Shown here in pieces: positions 60,311-64,000 of a stretch of 64,000 nt of DNA. The DNA comes from Takakia lepidozioides. Lineage: Eukaryota > Plantae > Bryophyta. Within the stretch, counting starts at the first letter, position 1. Each line of letters starts with the position of its first letter. Below the pieces are notes generated by a model. The model searched no databases and was not told the DNA's origin. It saw nothing but the letters and a program-made list of their open reading frames with translations. The DNA lies in NCBI GenBank assembly GCA_030704615.1, contig CM060731.1, forward strand, positions 44,082,001 to 44,146,000, read 5' to 3'. The position numbers were made by a program, and so were the translations under genes.

Positions 60311-61111
60311 GCGGCGGACGAGGGCGCGGTTGCTGCAGCTGCGCCCGCGGCTGGGCGACCACGTGCAGCGGTGGGCGGGGAGCCGGGCGTCCGTTTGCGG
60401 GGCCCACCGGCCACATCGCACTTGCCCATTGAAGACCCTATTATCTTAAAATGAGAGGCCGCTGCCCTGTTCAATAAAACCAAAAACAAAAAAAGCCCAC
60501 AGAATATTCTATATAATGAACGAAAAATTCGATAGAGCATCTTACATGTGCACGCGAGGTAGACCTAGAATGGCTGCTCAAGAGCGAAGACTGTAAGCTA
60601 ATTAGTCCCTTCACCTTCAAGCGCTTGGGGATGACGAGGTCTACTTTGAAATCAGACAGGTTACAAGGATGCCATAAATTTCTCATGTAGATTCTCTCAG
60701 AAGTAGACGATTCTAGAATTTCGCCATGCCATTGCTGAAAGTGCATGTTCTGAAGGAAGCTACCAGCTGCATGTAATGCAGTTGCACATTGTCGTCTTTC
60801 GAAATAGTGTCTGTCGTCGGAGTGGGACTGCAGGACTTCGGTCTCTCTCTCCAGGTCATGGTGCGGCGTTATTCGGGTTCAGGGATCAAGAAGAAGGTAG
60901 TACAAATATTTTATTGGGAGGTTGTAGTTTACATTTGTCCGTATCTCCATTCTTAGTGAAGCCCGACGACATGCAGAAGTAGTAATCATAATCTCTTAGT
61001 TCTCTTCTAGAGTCGCTTTTCGATAGGAGCTCGAGCGGAGGGAGCAAAAAGAGAGAGAAGAGGCGAAGGAGAGAAAGAGCGAGGTCAATCTCCCCGCTCC
61101 GTCTTCTTTTA

Positions 61112-63828
61112 ATGCGGAAAGCTGTTGGTTGTCGGAGAGCTTGGCCTCATTTAAAGGATGCATTTCCTTGGAAAAACTCCACTCTTAAGGCCCCTGACAC
61201 TGTCCGCTCTGACTGGTCCGTCGAGTCGCGCTCTGTCCAACAGCTGGAGCTCAACCTTTCTCTTCGATTACCCTCGGAGTTACTATTGGTAGGTAGAGCA
61301 AGAAAAAAGGGATTGCAACTGTATACCGGAAGCACACTCCTGGACGGCAGTGCAACAGGCATTGGAAATTTTGATTGCGCCTCACAGTTTGGAAGATCAT
61401 TGCACTCCCCCCCGTATTATTCAGACAATTCTGTAAATCGGCCTGGCAATGCGGTTCTCGATGTCATCACAAGCAGGCGTTTGTGTAGTGGACCCTTGAG
61501 TTCTTTCTTCCGACATAGCAGCTATGCAAGGTTTGGAAAGCGTCATGGTGCTCCGATATGGTCGACTCCGCACCAAGAAAGACTGCAAAGTAGAAGAAAT
61601 ATGTCAAGGCACTGTAATCTGTCAGGCGATCCTACTTGTATCAAGCAAGAGGAAAATTCTCCATCAAGTATTGGCATTGATGGGGATGATCGGAATGAAT
61701 CATTCTTCAAAGTGCCGGTCTCCAGGCGGGATGAATGTGGGCTAGAGGAAGGTTGGAGCAAAGTACGGATTGGGACTGATCGATTACTGGAGCATCTGGC
61801 ACAGAAGTGGAAACCTGAGCTGTGGATAGATTTGATATCTGTTGGCACCTTGAATTTGCGAAAACCTGGGGACACAGAGAGGGTAGTCTGCAGTGGAGAG
61901 GGGATACAACAAGCAAACAAGGATGAATTGTTGCATCCTACAGAGGTGGATCGTCATGCCCAAACAGAGAAGAATGGTGGACTGTCGAAGGTTGCAGAAG
62001 AGGACAAACCACGCCAGAAGGAACACACTCTACAGTGGGACACAGATAGAGATGCTGGTTGGAAAGTGGAAGGGTTGAGGTCAATCATCGCAGAGCCAAC
62101 ACTCTTCAGCCGCCAAATTGGTGGTTTTGCTCTTTGTTCCAGAAGTATTACCCCTAACTCATTTTGTCAATCTATTAGAAACCCTGGCAACGTCAGTGTG
62201 CGTGAGAGAAAGAGAGTAAATAAGAAAGACTCAGATGAGGGGTATCTATATGGAATATGAAATCAGTAGGCCACAGCCTGGAACATGCTTTTGTAGTGCC
62301 ATTTGTCCCTACTGGTATGCATAACTTTGTGGACCCATGAGAATAATGTATCGGAATTCCACATGTTGTAGGCTACAGCTCGGATGCTGCGTCCAGCACT
62401 CCCGATGTGCCACTGGAGCCTGAGGCACGGGATCACAGGTACAATTCCCCTTCCATGCTCCTCACTTCTGAATGCATTTGTAGCATCTGTCTCTGTAAAC
62501 CTCAGTTGGTTGTTGGCAAAGGCACATCCAGTCGCATTCTTTCCCAAATTTTTGAGAAAACTGAAACTGGTGGCATCAAGTATGCAGCAGCAGCAGCTAG
62601 TACTAGTCCTGTAACGAACTGTACATTTTAGTTCACTCAAATCAAGTTTTGGAATATTAAGAAAGCTTGGGGTGACGCTTTCAGATGTTTCTCTGCATGA
62701 AGACACTTAGCATCGTGCAAGGACAGAATTCCTTGTTTTCCCATTTTGGCTTTATTGATTTCAAGAAGTTATCAATCTAATGTGTAGTGTCTCCTGCCAA
62801 CTGTGTTGACAGTGGACGGGCAGTGGTGGTGGCACTGTGGTGCAATTTTTTGGTGTTTGCTTTGAAAGTGGGAGCATGGCTCATGACTGCGAGTCATGTT
62901 ATGCTGGCAGAGGCTATTCATTCACTGGCAGATGTGGCAAACCAGGTACAAGTTAGAATGGCAAAGCTCCATGTGGAGTTTGTTTCTCCCAAGACAAACT
63001 ACTCATATATTGTGGCACAGTTTCTGTTTATTGTTACTTCCTAGAGGTATGTAGAGCATTGTATGCACCCTCAAAAGTCTTTTAGTTGGTTATATCCAAC
63101 CAGGTCTATCTACACTGGGGATATGTTAATTCTATGGTAGTTTTTCATATACACCAAGTCATCATCTTGTTGAGGAATAAACAGACACCTGGATCAATGT
63201 TGTGCTCTTATGACAGGCCCTGCTTTTGTATGGTCTCGTCAGCTCAAGGCGTGCCCCTGATGCTATTCACCCGTACGTCATGAACTGCCCTCGCTTTTTG
63301 ATCAAAAGATGCAAGAAGAGTTGCAATTCTCCTACAGGACGATATGTAAAGACTTGAATGAGTTAAAGGTTCGCCAAGCGGTGGGTGCTTAGGAACTCTG
63401 ATGGGGCAGCAATTTCTGTGGCGTGATACTTCTGCACTTCTACATTTGAGATGGTCTTTGTCGTTGGAGAGACTGTGAAACCCTGAACAGGAGTTTCATT
63501 CTGAAGATATTAGGGGAGGTACTGTAGTGTGGCCTTGGTGAGAATCTATGTAAGCTGCACTAAGAATAAAAAGGTGTCGGTCAAGGCATGGAGCCTCAAG
63601 TCACAGTAGTCAAATAGACCTCCTTTGCAGAGAATCCATGTTAGTTCCATTGGACGCTCCCTTGTTCCTTCATACTCGAACGTGCCTGTAGCTGATTGTT
63701 CTCCTGGTGGCAGATATGGCTATTCAAAGGAGCGATTTGTGTGGTCATTGATCTCAGCTGTTGGCATCTTTTGCCTGGGCTCTGGGGCAACCATTGTTCA
63801 TGGCATGCAAAATTTGTGGAATGCTGAG
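61112..63828 (+). CDS. MTPC4: Metal tolerance protein C4 / MTP7 (CDF cation-efflux family, SLC30A9-like); 5' part, continues beyond the window
   Basis: Exons ~61112-62241, 62813-62945 (GRAVVVALWCNFLVFALK..SHVMLAEAIHSLADVANQ), ~63217-63272 (ALLLYGLVSSRRAPDAIHP) and ~63714-63828 (YGYSKERFVWSLISAVGIFCLGSGATIVHG). Confidence 0.88.
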
Positions 63829-64000
63829 GTGTGATCTGGTTACTGGCAACTTTCAGTCTCGATGGACAAACAATTTGCACTTGCCGCAGTCTCACCGTCC
63901 TTTGCTCCATTTCCATCACTTCGTCATTACTTAGCACCCTCTCAAATTCAATGGAAAGGATGGAGAACCATTTGTAGTGGAAGGGCAATATTTATTCCCC

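Noticed and set aside
59982-60540. Overlapping ORFs of 83-155 aa
   Set aside because: They are a by-product of a GC-rich tandem repeat that lacks stop codons.

Overview
Eukaryotic land-plant genomic DNA. The gene set and transposon content suggest a non-seed plant such as a moss (inference). There are five intron-containing host genes: a TIC32-like SDR (-), the PsbP-domain protein PPD2 (+), a LAMMER/AFC kinase (-), a PHR2 photolyase-like protein (-) with an antisense CDC45 pseudogene in one intron, and the 5' part of an MTPC4/MTP7 cation-efflux gene (+). They sit among many mobile elements. (1) 1-7235 is the right part of a decayed MULE-type element. It has a SWIM transposase of the At4g13970/At1g60560 type, a convergent Ulp1 protease gene, and noncoding DNA saturated with a GGGTTACA motif. 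(2) 13.8-22.3 kb holds two decayed Dualen/RandI-like non-LTR retrotransposons. Their combined ORF reads [APE end]-RT-chromodomain-PCIF1/CAPAM-like N6-adenine methyltransferase-RNase H-RLE endonuclease. The 3' UTR is a tetraloop-rich structured RNA that recurs with compensatory changes at 7.8 kb and 27.7 kb. This is the most notable system in the window. (3) There is also a nested cluster of TTAA-flanked piggyBac-like MITEs, a hAT MITE, a tRNA-derived SINE and several tandem repeats. All homologies were recognised by eye from remembered family sequences. No searches were run.
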